Positions 55,332 through 64,000 of a DNA stretch of 64,000 bases are shown in pieces. The stretch is from a virus, in the IMG/VR virus record IMGVR_UViG_3300050498_000110, positions 11,927 to 75,926 of that record; one strand, 5' to 3'. Position 1 is the stretch's first letter; every line of letters begins with the position of its first letter. The notes beneath the pieces were generated by a model. The model ran no database searches. It saw only the letters and a list, made by a program, of their open reading frames with translations, and was not told the origin of the DNA. The position numbers and the translations under genes were made by a program.

Positions 55332-57683
55332 TTACCAGTTGACGTTGTTGACCCATGCGACGCAACCGCTGCGCCGCATTAACCAGTTGAGCGGCATGAT
55401 CATTCGCAATGCGATGCTGTCAGTCTGAAACAGCGAACGCTGCGGTGACGCCACGGTTCCGGGCGAGCCGGTGCCGACCAGCTCAAGTGGAGTCGTGTCC
55501 TCCATATGAAGCGTAGCAGAATCGCTAAGCTCGAAGCGCGGCCCGCCACCGCCGGCCGTAACGAAGTCCGCCGCGTCGACCAGGATGACGGTCCGGGTCG
55601 GGATCGTTGCCGAGTCGATGATCGGGATGTTGAGCAACGTGCCCTGACCGATTTCCGCCTTGAACGGGAAGATCCCGTTGGTGTTGGCCAGCGACGCCGA
55701 CAGCATCTCGCCGGGATTCATCAGGAACACCGGGTTGCGGATGTTGCCCTTGGTGCTGGTGGTCAGCACGCCGACCAGCAGCTTGAGATCGCCGATGATC
55801 GCGGGCAGACCTGGCCCGGTCGTTGGCGTCTGCGCCGCCACACCGTTGAGCAAGCCCGCGGGCCGCGTGGTGGTCGCCGGGTTGGCGTCGATGAGCACCG
55901 AGTCGATGGACACCGACGTGTCGGTCTGGATGGCTTCGCGCAACACGCCTTCGATGGCGGGTGTGCTGTGCTCGCTCATTTCGCGAGTCCACACGGTGAT
56001 GACGGCGAGTTTTTTCGGCGTAAGATTCTGACTCGTGAACGCGCCGATGCGGACCGGGATGGCGGCGCCTTCTCCGACGAAGGATCCGGCAATGGTCGGC
56101 GTCACCGAACGAGTCGGAATCACGATTTTCGCGGCACGTCCGAATTGCAACGTCAGGCCCCTGGCCGCAAACCGGGTATAGACGGCTTGCGGGATGAGCT
56201 GCGGCATCAGCTCGGCATAGGTTTGCTGTGCCAGTTCTTGCGCCCAACCCGGTACTGTGGTCATGGCGGGCGCAGTGGCCGTGCGCAGGATAAGACCGCA
56301 AGCGACCCTGGTGACTTCGTCGTCGCCGTAGATCTTTTCGCACGCCTTGATCGGATCAATTTGCCAGTCTTTCGCGAATATCGCGACCGTGCCCGCGCGC
56401 ACCAGATATTCCAGCGGTGCCAGCTCTTTCTTGCGCTTGGGGATGACGTGCGGCGCACTGATATCGTGGTCGTTGCCATCTTCCGGGCGGCGCTGGTCGT
56501 GCAGCACCGTCAACGCCCGGCTCGAGCTGCCATTGCCGTTGCCGTCAGTCGACTTCGCCAGCAGCTTTTCCGATTGCAGCCAGGCATCGAGCCGCTTGCG
56601 CATCTTGGCGATGTCGGCATTGAGCGCGGTCGTCGTTTCGATTTCGTCATCTTGGACGTCATCGTTGTCCATCTTCGCCAGAAGCGCCGTCAGCGCGTCT
56701 TCCTTTGCCACCAGATCGGTTTGCAAAGCGGCGATCCGTTCTGAAAGCGTGCTCATGATTTTTGAGCCCTTTCTATTGCGAGAAGTTGCGGCATGCTCGC
56801 CGGTGGCACCGTTGCGCCGGATGGTCCCGTTTCCTTTGCGTTGCTCCGCGAAAACGAGTCCGAGCGTGTCGGTGGAAACTTTCAGAGACTTGGCCAACGC
56901 CAATGCATTGGCGTTGGCAGGTACCGCAACCAGCGAGCATTCGACCAGCTCTTGCTCGAGGAAGCGGAATGGCCCGAAGAATGGATCCGACTTTTCAGTC
57001 AGCGGTTCGCGCTTGGTGGCGCGGAAGCCGACCGACACCGCGCGCAGGATGTCAGCGTCAACCAGGCGGCGGATTTCGTCGATGCGCGGTGACGTGCCTT
57101 CCGGCGCCAGCTCGAGGCGGCCACGAAGCTGCACGCCGTTGACCTTGACGTCATGCCAGCGACCTACAATGAAGGTCGGGTCGTGCGCAAAAAGTGCTAC
57201 GGGGTTGCGCTTGAACGAATCTGTTTTCCAGCCATCGGCGGAAATGATGTCGCCCATCCGGTCTTCGGATTCATCCGATAAGACGAAGTGCCAGCCGGTG
57301 CCAGCCTTGCGCGCTTTTTCGGCATGCGTGGCGCGGTGCACGTGATCGGCGCCGCTACTGCGCTCCGACCACAGCATGGCGCAGGCTTCCTCATCGTCGA
57401 TGGCATCGACGCAATCGCTGATGAATTCTTCGCGGTCGTCATAGTCTTCGGGATCCGGTGCTTCGGCTTTTGTCGTCAGCAACCTTTTCCAGAGCGCGAT
57501 GATGCGTTTGACTTCGGCGGCCGGTGGCGCCGCTAAGTTTTTGCTGTCGCGCCAGTAGCCCATGCAGATCGCAACAGCCTGTTCCTGCGTGCGATCTTCC
57601 GGCGCGTCGTCGCCGAATGTCTCGCTCATGCAGCGGGCCATGAAGTCCGACTGGCTTTCGCCAGGCTTGGGTTTCATCGGCAT
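55332..57683 (-). CDS. Prohead protease-major capsid fusion (HK97 type)
   Basis: DRMGDII...NPVALFAHD...VSVGF...ECSLVAVPAN protease motifs; FVGEG..IP...PKKL...TRE...RPAGLLNG capsid motifs. Confidence 0.95.
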   Translation of the reverse strand: MPMKPKPGESQSDFMARCMSETFGDDAPEDRTQEQAVAICMGYWRDSKNLAAPPAAEVKRIIALWKRLLTTKAEAPDPEDYDDREEFISDCVDAIDDEEACAMLWSERSSGADHVHRATHAEKARKAGTGWHFVLSDESEDRMGDIISADGWKTDSFKRNPVALFAHDPTFIVGRWHDVKVNGVQLRGRLELAPEGTSPRIDEIRRLVDADILRAVSVGFRATKREPLTEKSDPFFGPFRFLEQELVECSLVAVPANANALALAKSLKVSTDTLGLVFAEQRKGNGTIRRNGATGEHAATSRNRKGSKIMSTLSERIAALQTDLVAKEDALTALLAKMDNDDVQDDEIETTTALNADIAKMRKRLDAWLQSEKLLAKSTDGNGNGSSSRALTVLHDQRRPEDGNDHDISAPHVIPKRKKELAPLEYLVRAGTVAIFAKDWQIDPIKACEKIYGDDEVTRVACGLILRTATAPAMTTVPGWAQELAQQTYAELMPQLIPQAVYTRFAARGLTLQFGRAAKIVIPTRSVTPTIAGSFVGEGAAIPVRIGAFTSQNLTPKKLAVITVWTREMSEHSTPAIEGVLREAIQTDTSVSIDSVLIDANPATTTRPAGLLNGVAAQTPTTGPGLPAIIGDLKLLVGVLTTSTKGNIRNPVFLMNPGEMLSASLANTNGIFPFKAEIGQGTLLNIPIIDSATIPTRTVILVDAADFVTAGGGGPRFELSDSATLHMEDTTPLELVGTGSPGTVASPQRSLFQTDSIALRMIMPLNWLMRRSGCVAWVNNVNW

Positions 57684-57695
57684 GGGGAATGCTCC

Positions 57696-58271
57696 CTAGA
57701 ATTGCGCGAACGCCAGCCAGGTTCCGGCAACGTGCGTGATCGGCCAGCCCGCGGCGCGCAATTGCTCGAGCGCGCCGGTCACTTCGACACCAGGGTTGCC
57801 GTAGTCGTGCCAGACGATGACGCCGCCCGGCTTGATCAGCTTGCCCGCGGTGTCGCTGTCGTGCATGACCGCGTCATAGGAATGGTCACCGTCGATAAAT
57901 ACGGCATCACAGGGCTCGAGCTGGTCGGCGACGTCGAGTGAGCCTTGCGGCCGCAGCACCAGGCGAAAGCGCGGGTCATGCGTTGCCCAGCGGCCGGGCT
58001 TGTGTTGCACTTCCGATTGCTGGCAGCGCAGCGTCGTCACAAAGTCGCTCGGCACGTCGACGCCGTAATAGCGCTCAATCGTCGGCACGTGCTCGAGTAC
58101 GCGTCGCGCGGTCAGACCGGATGCAATACCAATTTCGACCATGACCCGCGGCCGCACGCGCCGCAGCAACGCGACCAGCACGGCACATTCATTGGCGTTG
58201 AGATAGGCGCTAAACGGTCCGCGCAGCGCCGTCGGGCCGAACGACGCTCTCGCGACTTGCGGTAAGGCCAT
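57696..58271 (-). CDS. Class I SAM-dependent methyltransferase (Methyltransf_24-like)
   Basis: VEIGIASG, VFIDGDHSYDAV..D, PGGVIVWHDY. Confidence 0.9.
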   Translation of the reverse strand: MALPQVARASFGPTALRGPFSAYLNANECAVLVALLRRVRPRVMVEIGIASGLTARRVLEHVPTIERYYGVDVPSDFVTTLRCQQSEVQHKPGRWATHDPRFRLVLRPQGSLDVADQLEPCDAVFIDGDHSYDAVMHDSDTAGKLIKPGGVIVWHDYGNPGVEVTGALEQLRAAGWPITHVAGTWLAFAQF

Positions 58272-59466
58272 GCAGTGCGCTCGTCCAATCGCCCGGCGCC
58301 GCCTGGCGGCAGATCTTCATGCTCGGATACCACGGGGCCAGCCAGCGCCAGCTCGCCCAATGCGACAGCAGTAACGTTACCGGCCGCTCGAGCGCACCCG
58401 CCAGATGCGCGGCGGCGGTGTCGACCGTCACAATCTCATCGAGCGCCAGCATCAGCGACGCGCAGTCGGTGAAATCCTCGAATTCATGCGTGCGCACGCC
58501 GAGCGCTTGCGCCTCTTCGCGGCCCTGCGTCTGCACCGAATGCAGCTCGACATCTGGTAGCGCCGCCACCAGCTCAGCCAGCGGGATCGCGCGCGGATAA
58601 TCATCCTTGAACATTTGCCCGACCGACCAGGCGATGCCGACGCGGCGCTTGCCATTGAGCGACCAGGCGACGCTACGGCGCGGCGCTGACAGCTTGAAAT
58701 TGGGCAGCACGTCGCCCGGCGTGGCGACGCCGCAAAGATACGGCAACAGCAGGAATGGGCAGAAGTAATCGGCCGACGGGTCGTCAAGCACCGGCCCGAC
58801 TTGCGCCGCCAGCCGCTCAAGCGCGGGCGCGGTTGCCAGCCCCATCACCACGTCGAGCCCTTGCGCGCGCAGCCAGGCGACATAGCGCAGCGCCATGATG
58901 CTGTCGCCGAAGCCGTGCGCATGCAGCGCCAGCAGGCGCTTACCTGCCAACGGTTCACCGTGCCAGGGCCGCATTCCGGCCGCGAGCGCGGCCTTGCATT
59001 GCGGGCGCTGGAACGGCGGCATAGCCTCGCAATCAAAATATTCGCTAAAACCTTCGTGCCACCGTCCGACCGCCAGCAACATGAAAGCTCGGTTGAAGCG
59101 CGCGTGCACGGTCGGCGCGATGACAATGGCAGCATCAGCCTCCAACAGCGCTTCATGGTTCTGATTGCTGCGGAACAATGCAGCGGCGCGATTGAAGTGC
59201 ATCAGGTAGCGGTCGATGCTGACGCCGGGCCGTTGCTCAATCGCGCGATAGCCGACGGCTTCGCCGCTGCGCATGACCAGCAGCGGTTCGTTCGGCGGCT
59301 CGGGCTTGTGGCCATTGCGGCCGTGCACTTCGAGCAGCTCGCCGTGCTCGGTCAGCCCGCGCCAGCCGGTTTCGGTTACCTCACACGCGACGACAGGATC
59401 CAGGTCCGGCAAATCGCCGAATCCAGAAAAAATCGTTTTGCCCTTGTTTGTTTCCATGCAGATCAA
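58210..59466 (-). CDS. TPR-containing glycosyltransferase (GT9-like, GT-B fold)
   Basis: TPR-like HARFNRAFMLLAVG; GFGDSIM; VGIAWS; IVTVDTAAAHLAGAL; WRW...WYPSM...RQ..PGDW; start uncertain (59457 or 59466). Confidence 0.88.
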   Translation of the reverse strand: MICMETNKGKTIFSGFGDLPDLDPVVACEVTETGWRGLTEHGELLEVHGRNGHKPEPPNEPLLVMRSGEAVGYRAIEQRPGVSIDRYLMHFNRAAALFRSNQNHEALLEADAAIVIAPTVHARFNRAFMLLAVGRWHEGFSEYFDCEAMPPFQRPQCKAALAAGMRPWHGEPLAGKRLLALHAHGFGDSIMALRYVAWLRAQGLDVVMGLATAPALERLAAQVGPVLDDPSADYFCPFLLLPYLCGVATPGDVLPNFKLSAPRRSVAWSLNGKRRVGIAWSVGQMFKDDYPRAIPLAELVAALPDVELHSVQTQGREEAQALGVRTHEFEDFTDCASLMLALDEIVTVDTAAAHLAGALERPVTLLLSHWASWRWLAPWYPSMKICRQAAPGDWTSALHGLTASRESVVRPDGAARTV

Positions 59467-59485
59467 GCGCTACTTTATTGAAGTT

Positions 59486-59555
59486 AGGCAAGGCCCGGCG
59501 AGGCTAGGCATGGCGTGGCTCGGCCCGGCGGGGTTTGGCCTGGCATGGCAAGGCA
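59486..59555 (+). repeat. NGGCN pentamer array 3 (14 units) with adjacent hairpin at 59560-59591
   Basis: aggca aggcc cggcg aggct aggca tggcg tggct cggcc cggcg gggtt tggcc tggca tggca aggca; GGAAGGCCAG/CTGGCCTTCC stem. Confidence 0.9.
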
Positions 59556-59596
59556 AGGAGGAAGGCCAGGAGTTCGCGCTTCTGGCCTTCCGATTG

Positions 59597-60655
59597 TCAT
59601 TTCCAAACAGGAGTCATCCAAGCGAAAGCACGCGGGTCGCGCAAGGCCCAGGTCACGGGCCAGCGCATTTTAAGGCTCATAGTATCCGTTTGAAACATCG
59701 AGCGTTGCGGCCCCATGGTCCCGGCGGGACCGGGCACGGTATCCATCACTAAGCTCGCGGCCTTCGATGTCTCAATTTCCGGCTGCGGCGAGAACGCTGC
59801 CACCAGCGCCGCGGGCGCAATCGCCAGCACGTCGTTGATGACCGCGCTCGAGCCCAGCACAATGACGTTGGTTCCGCTCGGCGCGCCGCTGGTGCGGGCA
59901 TTGAACAACATCGCCCGGCCCGGCGACATGACCAGGATAAACGGCCCGTTGCCGCCGACCGGCGCGAGTTCATTGAACAGCACGCCCATGTCTTCGTAGA
60001 ACGCATAGGTCGGATCGGCATTGTTCGACGCCGTCGATGCCGCGATGCCATAGCGCAGGCCCGCCGGGCGAGCGGCGTCGCCGGGATTGGCGTCGAATAG
60101 CACTTCGTCGAGCATCCGGCCGGCGGCGTGCGTCAGGGTATCTTCCACCAGCGCTTCGGCGTTGCTGCTTTCGATCATCTCCCGCGTCAGCACCGCGATG
60201 GCAGCGAGCTTGTGCGGCTCGAGAAGGGCAGGCGATGCCGCGAGCTGGCGCACCGGGATCGGAGCACCTTCGGCGACGAAGCCAGCATTGCCGAACTCGG
60301 CCACAAAGCCGGGCGCACTGATTGAGCCGAAGCCGTCGAAGTTGAGCACCAGGCTGTTGCGGAAGATCTCGGCGGCCGCCGACGCCGGACCAAGCGCCTT
60401 GAGATTGTCCGCCACCATGCGCTGCGCCAGCTCGGCGGCCCAGCCCGCCACCGATGTCATGGCCGGCGCCACCGCCGCGCGTATCACCCGGTCGCTCGGA
60501 TAACGCTCGGCCACCACGTCCTCAATCCGGCGCCCTCGCACTTGCGCAATGATTTGTGCCGTCACCAGGCGCACGAAGCTGTTGCCGCCCGGTAGCGATG
60601 GCTCGGGCTGGAATGACGGCTTCACCGGCTGCGGCGGCGTCATGAGCATGTTCAT
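59597..60655 (-). CDS. Second HK97-fold major-capsid-like protein (no protease domain)
   Basis: WAAELAQ, FVAEGAPIPVR, PHKLAAIAVLTREM, DANP...RPAGL, RSMFQTD...RWPVTW. Confidence 0.9.
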   Translation of the reverse strand: MNMLMTPPQPVKPSFQPEPSLPGGNSFVRLVTAQIIAQVRGRRIEDVVAERYPSDRVIRAAVAPAMTSVAGWAAELAQRMVADNLKALGPASAAAEIFRNSLVLNFDGFGSISAPGFVAEFGNAGFVAEGAPIPVRQLAASPALLEPHKLAAIAVLTREMIESSNAEALVEDTLTHAAGRMLDEVLFDANPGDAARPAGLRYGIAASTASNNADPTYAFYEDMGVLFNELAPVGGNGPFILVMSPGRAMLFNARTSGAPSGTNVIVLGSSAVINDVLAIAPAALVAAFSPQPEIETSKAASLVMDTVPGPAGTMGPQRSMFQTDTMSLKMRWPVTWALRDPRAFAWMTPVWK

Positions 60656-60824
60656 GTTGCGGTGCCTCTACACGAAGTATTTCAAAGCTGAAAGGCGGCG
60701 CCTCCGAACAACAGGGAGAGGCCGAAGGCGCCGCCCGGCGGACTGTCGGATGCGGCAGAGCACGATCAGCCCACCCTTCCGCGCACGTGAGGCTGCCGAC
60801 ATCACGCGCGGGGAATCATTAGCC

Positions 60825-61178
60825 TCATGTGCCCGGCGGACGCAGCGTAACGATGAACGTCCGATCTGCCGTTTGAACAACCGGACCGGCGAGCGGACCG
60901 GACCGAAACTTCCACCAGCCAATGCCGGAAGACCACGGCTCTATGTTGATCATGCGCGCGCTTCCGGGAATGACAGCAAGCAACGCTTCCCTGCCTGAGA
61001 GATCAAGCAAGTTGTGATAGGTGACGCCGTCATGAGAGATTTGAAATGACAGGTTAGCAGGCGTCCATTGCAGCGGCATCTGAATCCGCGCAAGATAACC
61101 CTCGGTGCAATCCACCCCGGCCGAAAGCGATTGGCCAGCAAGAATTATAATGCTCACGGCGGGACGGGCGACAGGCAT
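60825..61178 (-). CDS. Small beta-rich protein (possible head decoration)
   Basis: IQMPLQWTPANLSFQISHDGVTY; upstream of the capsid paralogue. Confidence 0.7.
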   Translation of the reverse strand: MPVARPAVSIIILAGQSLSAGVDCTEGYLARIQMPLQWTPANLSFQISHDGVTYHNLLDLSGREALLAVIPGSARMINIEPWSSGIGWWKFRSGPLAGPVVQTADRTFIVTLRPPGT

Positions 61179-61198
61179 TTTGTCTTTGCCTTCCCTAA

Positions 61199-61399
61199 TT
61201 ACATCAGCAAGCGCCAGGCGGTCGGCTGCACCAGGTATTCGCTGTCAATCTGCAAACGATTGTTGACACACCGGGCCAGGAACACGTCGCCATTGCCGTC
61301 GAGAACTTCCACCGTGCGGCCATCGCGCGGGATGCTCTCGAGCGGATGCCACTCGGGCACCGCGTAGCCGTTGACCCGTTGTGCTGTGTGCAGTGCCAT
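61199..61399 (-). CDS. Small phage protein (WxPxE...W type, DUF551-like)
   Basis: EWHPLESIPRDGRTVEV...PTAWR; start position approximate within track ORF 61199..61462. Confidence 0.5.
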   Translation of the reverse strand: MALHTAQRVNGYAVPEWHPLESIPRDGRTVEVLDGNGDVFLARCVNNRLQIDSEYLVQPTAWRLLM

Positions 61400-61476
61400 C
61401 TGTTGTCCTCCAACCCCAATCCGGAACGGCCACGTCACAGCCAAATGTCCCCAATGAGGCATGGGCTAACCTGCGA

Positions 61477-61686
61477 TCATTTGTGTGAGCCATCTACATG
61501 CGCACGACGAACATGCCGACGCCTTGGCTGATCGACTTCCAAACCGGAACGATGCACGACATGGCGCAAGTGATGCGAGATCGCGTGCCAAAGATCTTCG
61601 TTGTTGCGGTCGCGCCGCAATTGCCGGAAGTCCTCATGCGCATGGCAAGCATGCCGATGGATGGCGTCATGATTGTTCCAGCTCAT
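61477..61686 (-). CDS. His-rich small protein
   Basis: ATGA overlap with the upstream stop; competing plus-strand ORFs exist. Confidence 0.4.
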   Translation of the reverse strand: MSWNNHDAIHRHACHAHEDFRQLRRDRNNEDLWHAISHHLRHVVHRSGLEVDQPRRRHVRRAHVDGSHK

Positions 61687-61916
61687 AGGAACACTTCCGC
61701 CTTGAGCCGATCGATGATTGCCATCACATCGGCGTAGGAACAGTCGACGGGCCTGCGATCTTCGAGCTGCGGATGCGGCGACATCATCCAAGTGTGCGCT
61801 TCGTCCTGGCTATAAAACTGCCGCAGCTCGGCCCACACCAGCGCGCGCGCGTTCGGCTTCATCGGAATGTCGTTCGGGCGCATGTTGAGCAACCCTAGAA
61901 ATTCGAGGCCGTACAT
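61683..61916 (-). CDS. MbcA/ParS/Xre antitoxin C-terminal-like (DUF2384) protein
   Basis: FYSQDEAHTWMMSPHPQLEDRRPVD...VMAIIDRL. Confidence 0.7.
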   Translation of the reverse strand: MYGLEFLGLLNMRPNDIPMKPNARALVWAELRQFYSQDEAHTWMMSPHPQLEDRRPVDCSYADVMAIIDRLKAEVFL

Positions 61917-61918
61917 TT

Positions 61919-63514
61919 TCAGCCAATCAACGCGCTAATGTCCACCACCGCCATGCCGCGATCGCGCGCGCGCAACCCCATCATCATCGCCAGCGCCACA
62001 GCGCCGTCAATGCGAAACCTGGCTTTCTCTTTGTCCAGCTTCCGATTACCCGCCGGATCCGTGGTCGCAATCGCGTTGCTCATATTCCAGATCAAGACCG
62101 GATTGGAATCGTGCACCACCTGGTGCTCGAAGATCGCGTGCTCGAGCGCATCAATGGCTGGCGACATATCGCGGTAGCCTTGCCCCCAAGGCACCACACG
62201 CAAGCCATCGCCACCGCGTGGCAGCTTGCCAAACTCCTGCGGCTCGGTGCTGTCGCGAAATGATTGCAAGCCAATGCGGTCGAACTCACGCATCAGATTG
62301 TCAATGCGCCAGGCATCGTAAGCCAGCCCACGCACGCGATAAGTCACCGTCAGCTCGGCAATGAAGTTCGCTACGACGGCCTGGTCAATGCTGCGGCCGG
62401 GCGACGTCATCAGCCAACCGGCATCGCGCCATTGCACATAACGCTGATTGCCCGAACCAAAATCCTTGTTCGATTGCTCAACCAATAATTCGTCCGGTTT
62501 CCAGAAGAACGACTTCACCTTGCACGGATCCGTCACCGAGCCCATCACCACCGCGGTCAAGTCAATGACGCTCGACAAGTCGACACCTAGATAAACTTCC
62601 TCTTGCGGCTCGAATTCCACCTGGCCCGCACAGCTCGACCACTCTGCACGCGAGATCAATGTAGATGCCGGATCAACCCGCTGATTCAAAAAGAGGTTTC
62701 TAACTTTCGGTTCCTCCGCAGGCATGCGGACGGCCTTGCGGATCCCGGAAATGAAATCTTCCTTGTCGCGAAATGACCCGAGCGCCGGATTGGCCCGCAA
62801 CCATTCCGCCTCATCCGTCAGCTCGCAATCTTCCTTGGCCGCATGCAAGTGACAGACAATGGTCGGATCAATTCCCGCTAGACCATCGTCAATCAATTTC
62901 GACAGCACGTGCTCGGGGTCGTTGCTCTGTGTGCTCATCACGATGAACAGCGGTTCCTCGCGCGCACCGAAACTTGTATCGAGCACATCGTACAAATCCC
63001 GATTCTTGGCTTGTGCCAGCTCGTCGTACACGACCAAGCTGGGGGCGAATCCATGCTTGGTGCCCGCCTCCGCGCTCACCGCCCGGTAAACCGAGCCGGT
63101 GTCGCGCGCCACCATGGTCTTGGTCGACGGCACCACATCAATCAACTCGCGCAGCTCGGGCTCGAGCCCAATCAATTGCTGGGCGAACTTGAACACGATT
63201 GCGGCCTGGTCGCGGTCGTTGGCCGCGCTGTAGATCTCGCCGTAAGTTTCCTTCTCCGGGCCAACCAGATGCGCCAATGCGATCGCCGCAATCAAGGCCG
63301 TCTTGCCGTTTTTTCTCGCCATACTGAGGATTGCACGACGCACCGCGCGCTTGCCGTTCGGCAGCGTCGGCTCGTAAATGTCTTTGATGAATGCCTTCTG
63401 CCAGCGTTGCAGCTTGAAGCGCTTGCCCTTGCCAACGCCGGACGGGATCGTCAGCAACTCGATGAAATCAATTACTCGCTTTGCGCGCCTCTTGCCCGCG
63501 GCGCTGCGCGTCAC
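61919..63514 (-). CDS. terL: Terminase large subunit
   Basis: SMARKNGKT Walker A, VVYDELAQ Walker B, LGVDLS and RIDGAVAL nuclease motifs; probable GTG start at 63514 (track start 63652). Confidence 0.97.
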   Translation of the reverse strand: MTRSAAGKRRAKRVIDFIELLTIPSGVGKGKRFKLQRWQKAFIKDIYEPTLPNGKRAVRRAILSMARKNGKTALIAAIALAHLVGPEKETYGEIYSAANDRDQAAIVFKFAQQLIGLEPELRELIDVVPSTKTMVARDTGSVYRAVSAEAGTKHGFAPSLVVYDELAQAKNRDLYDVLDTSFGAREEPLFIVMSTQSNDPEHVLSKLIDDGLAGIDPTIVCHLHAAKEDCELTDEAEWLRANPALGSFRDKEDFISGIRKAVRMPAEEPKVRNLFLNQRVDPASTLISRAEWSSCAGQVEFEPQEEVYLGVDLSSVIDLTAVVMGSVTDPCKVKSFFWKPDELLVEQSNKDFGSGNQRYVQWRDAGWLMTSPGRSIDQAVVANFIAELTVTYRVRGLAYDAWRIDNLMREFDRIGLQSFRDSTEPQEFGKLPRGGDGLRVVPWGQGYRDMSPAIDALEHAIFEHQVVHDSNPVLIWNMSNAIATTDPAGNRKLDKEKARFRIDGAVALAMMMGLRARDRGMAVVDISALIG

Positions 63515-64000
63515 CTGACTGTTCAACCAGGTCGCCGAACTTAGATTTTTGTCCAACAGCGATTGGGTTGATGCGGGCTCGAGCCGCGGGGGTAAATCCG
63601 AATTCAATGGCATGACGTAACACCTGCCTTGACGCTTCGCGCTCTTGCGCAATCAACGGATTTGCAAGTACGCGCGTCCCACCACCGTGCGTCTTGCCTT
63701 CCTCAATGACCAGCTCCCCATCGGCAACTGCTTTCTTCAATGCCTCAACTAACTCTCTCCGCACCTCAACCGCATGGCAATACCCCGCCAACGGCTCGAA
63801 ATCGACCCGGCTCAATATCCTCATCTCAATCAACAATTCAGCAACGCGATACCACTCCGCTTGACCTACCTCGCCAAGCCAATCAGGCGCGTTCGGCAAG
63901 TCCGTCACCCGCGGCGCTTCCACCTCGGGCGGGATGATTTGCTTGCCAGGGTTGCCGCGCAGCATCTTGATGCGCGCAGGAATTGGGGTCGGTGCCGCCA
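63468..64000 (-). CDS. terS: Terminase small subunit (P27 family); start lies at or just beyond the window end
   Basis: PARIKMLRGNPGK, APDWL, NPL, EFGFTPAARARI. Confidence 0.92.
   Translation of the reverse strand, partial: AAPTPIPARIKMLRGNPGKQIIPPEVEAPRVTDLPNAPDWLGEVGQAEWYRVAELLIEMRILSRVDFEPLAGYCHAVEVRRELVEALKKAVADGELVIEEGKTHGGGTRVLANPLIAQEREASRQVLRHAIEFGFTPAARARINPIAVGQKSKFGDLVEQSGDAQRRGQEARKASN

Larger units (their letters stand above)
1..64000. mobile_element. Temperate myovirus-type phage/prophage (HK97-like head, Mu-like contractile tail); both ends lie outside the window
   Basis: Integrase, YqaJ/RecT, terminase, portal, capsid, sheath/tube, baseplate and endolysin all present; no host housekeeping genes seen. 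Confidence 0.97.

Noticed and set aside
55506-56744. Long plus-strand ORFs antisense to structural genes (also 36377-37912, 23411-24286, 26646-27488)
   Set aside because: Shadow ORFs of GC-rich coding sequence opposite clearly identifiable genes, with no motifs
61477-61916. Complete toxin-antitoxin pair (His-rich ORF as toxin)
   Set aside because: The 69-aa His-rich ORF has no RES or other toxin motif and is too short; its coding status is uncertain
63515-63652. N-terminal extension of TerL given by the ORF track
   Set aside because: It lies inside the terS coding sequence; the terminase-like sequence starts at about GTG 63514

Overview
The whole window is one temperate tailed phage or prophage, GC-rich and most likely infecting an alphaproteobacterium (Hyphomicrobiales). 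The host is inferred from the integrase type, a GcrA-like HTH, a GANTC cluster and a VPGP-type CTERM protein. Left end: a leftward tyrosine integrase cut by the window start. About 1.6-22.3 kb: a rightward early/accessory arm with a YqaJ exonuclease, RecT and roughly 45 mostly small hypothetical genes. About 22.3-64 kb: a leftward late operon with terminase (small subunit cut by the window end), an HK97-type head, a Mu-like contractile tail, three fibre genes and lysis genes. No replication genes, clear CI repressor, tRNA, CRISPR array, reverse transcriptase or invertase were seen. Best leads: (1) a head module with two capsid paralogues bracketing a TPR-glycosyltransferase and a methyltransferase; (2) three intergenic NGGCN pentamer arrays that keep the same absolute strand orientation regardless of gene direction; (3) ten GANTC sites in a 263-bp intergenic stretch plus a GcrA-like gene; (4) a portal fused to a GNAT-like domain; (5) twin tape-measure-like paralogues with different wall-hydrolase domains; (6) a rare-codon, AT-rich patch in the conserved 3' end of the sheath gene. 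All assignments come from motif recognition by eye; no database searches were run.
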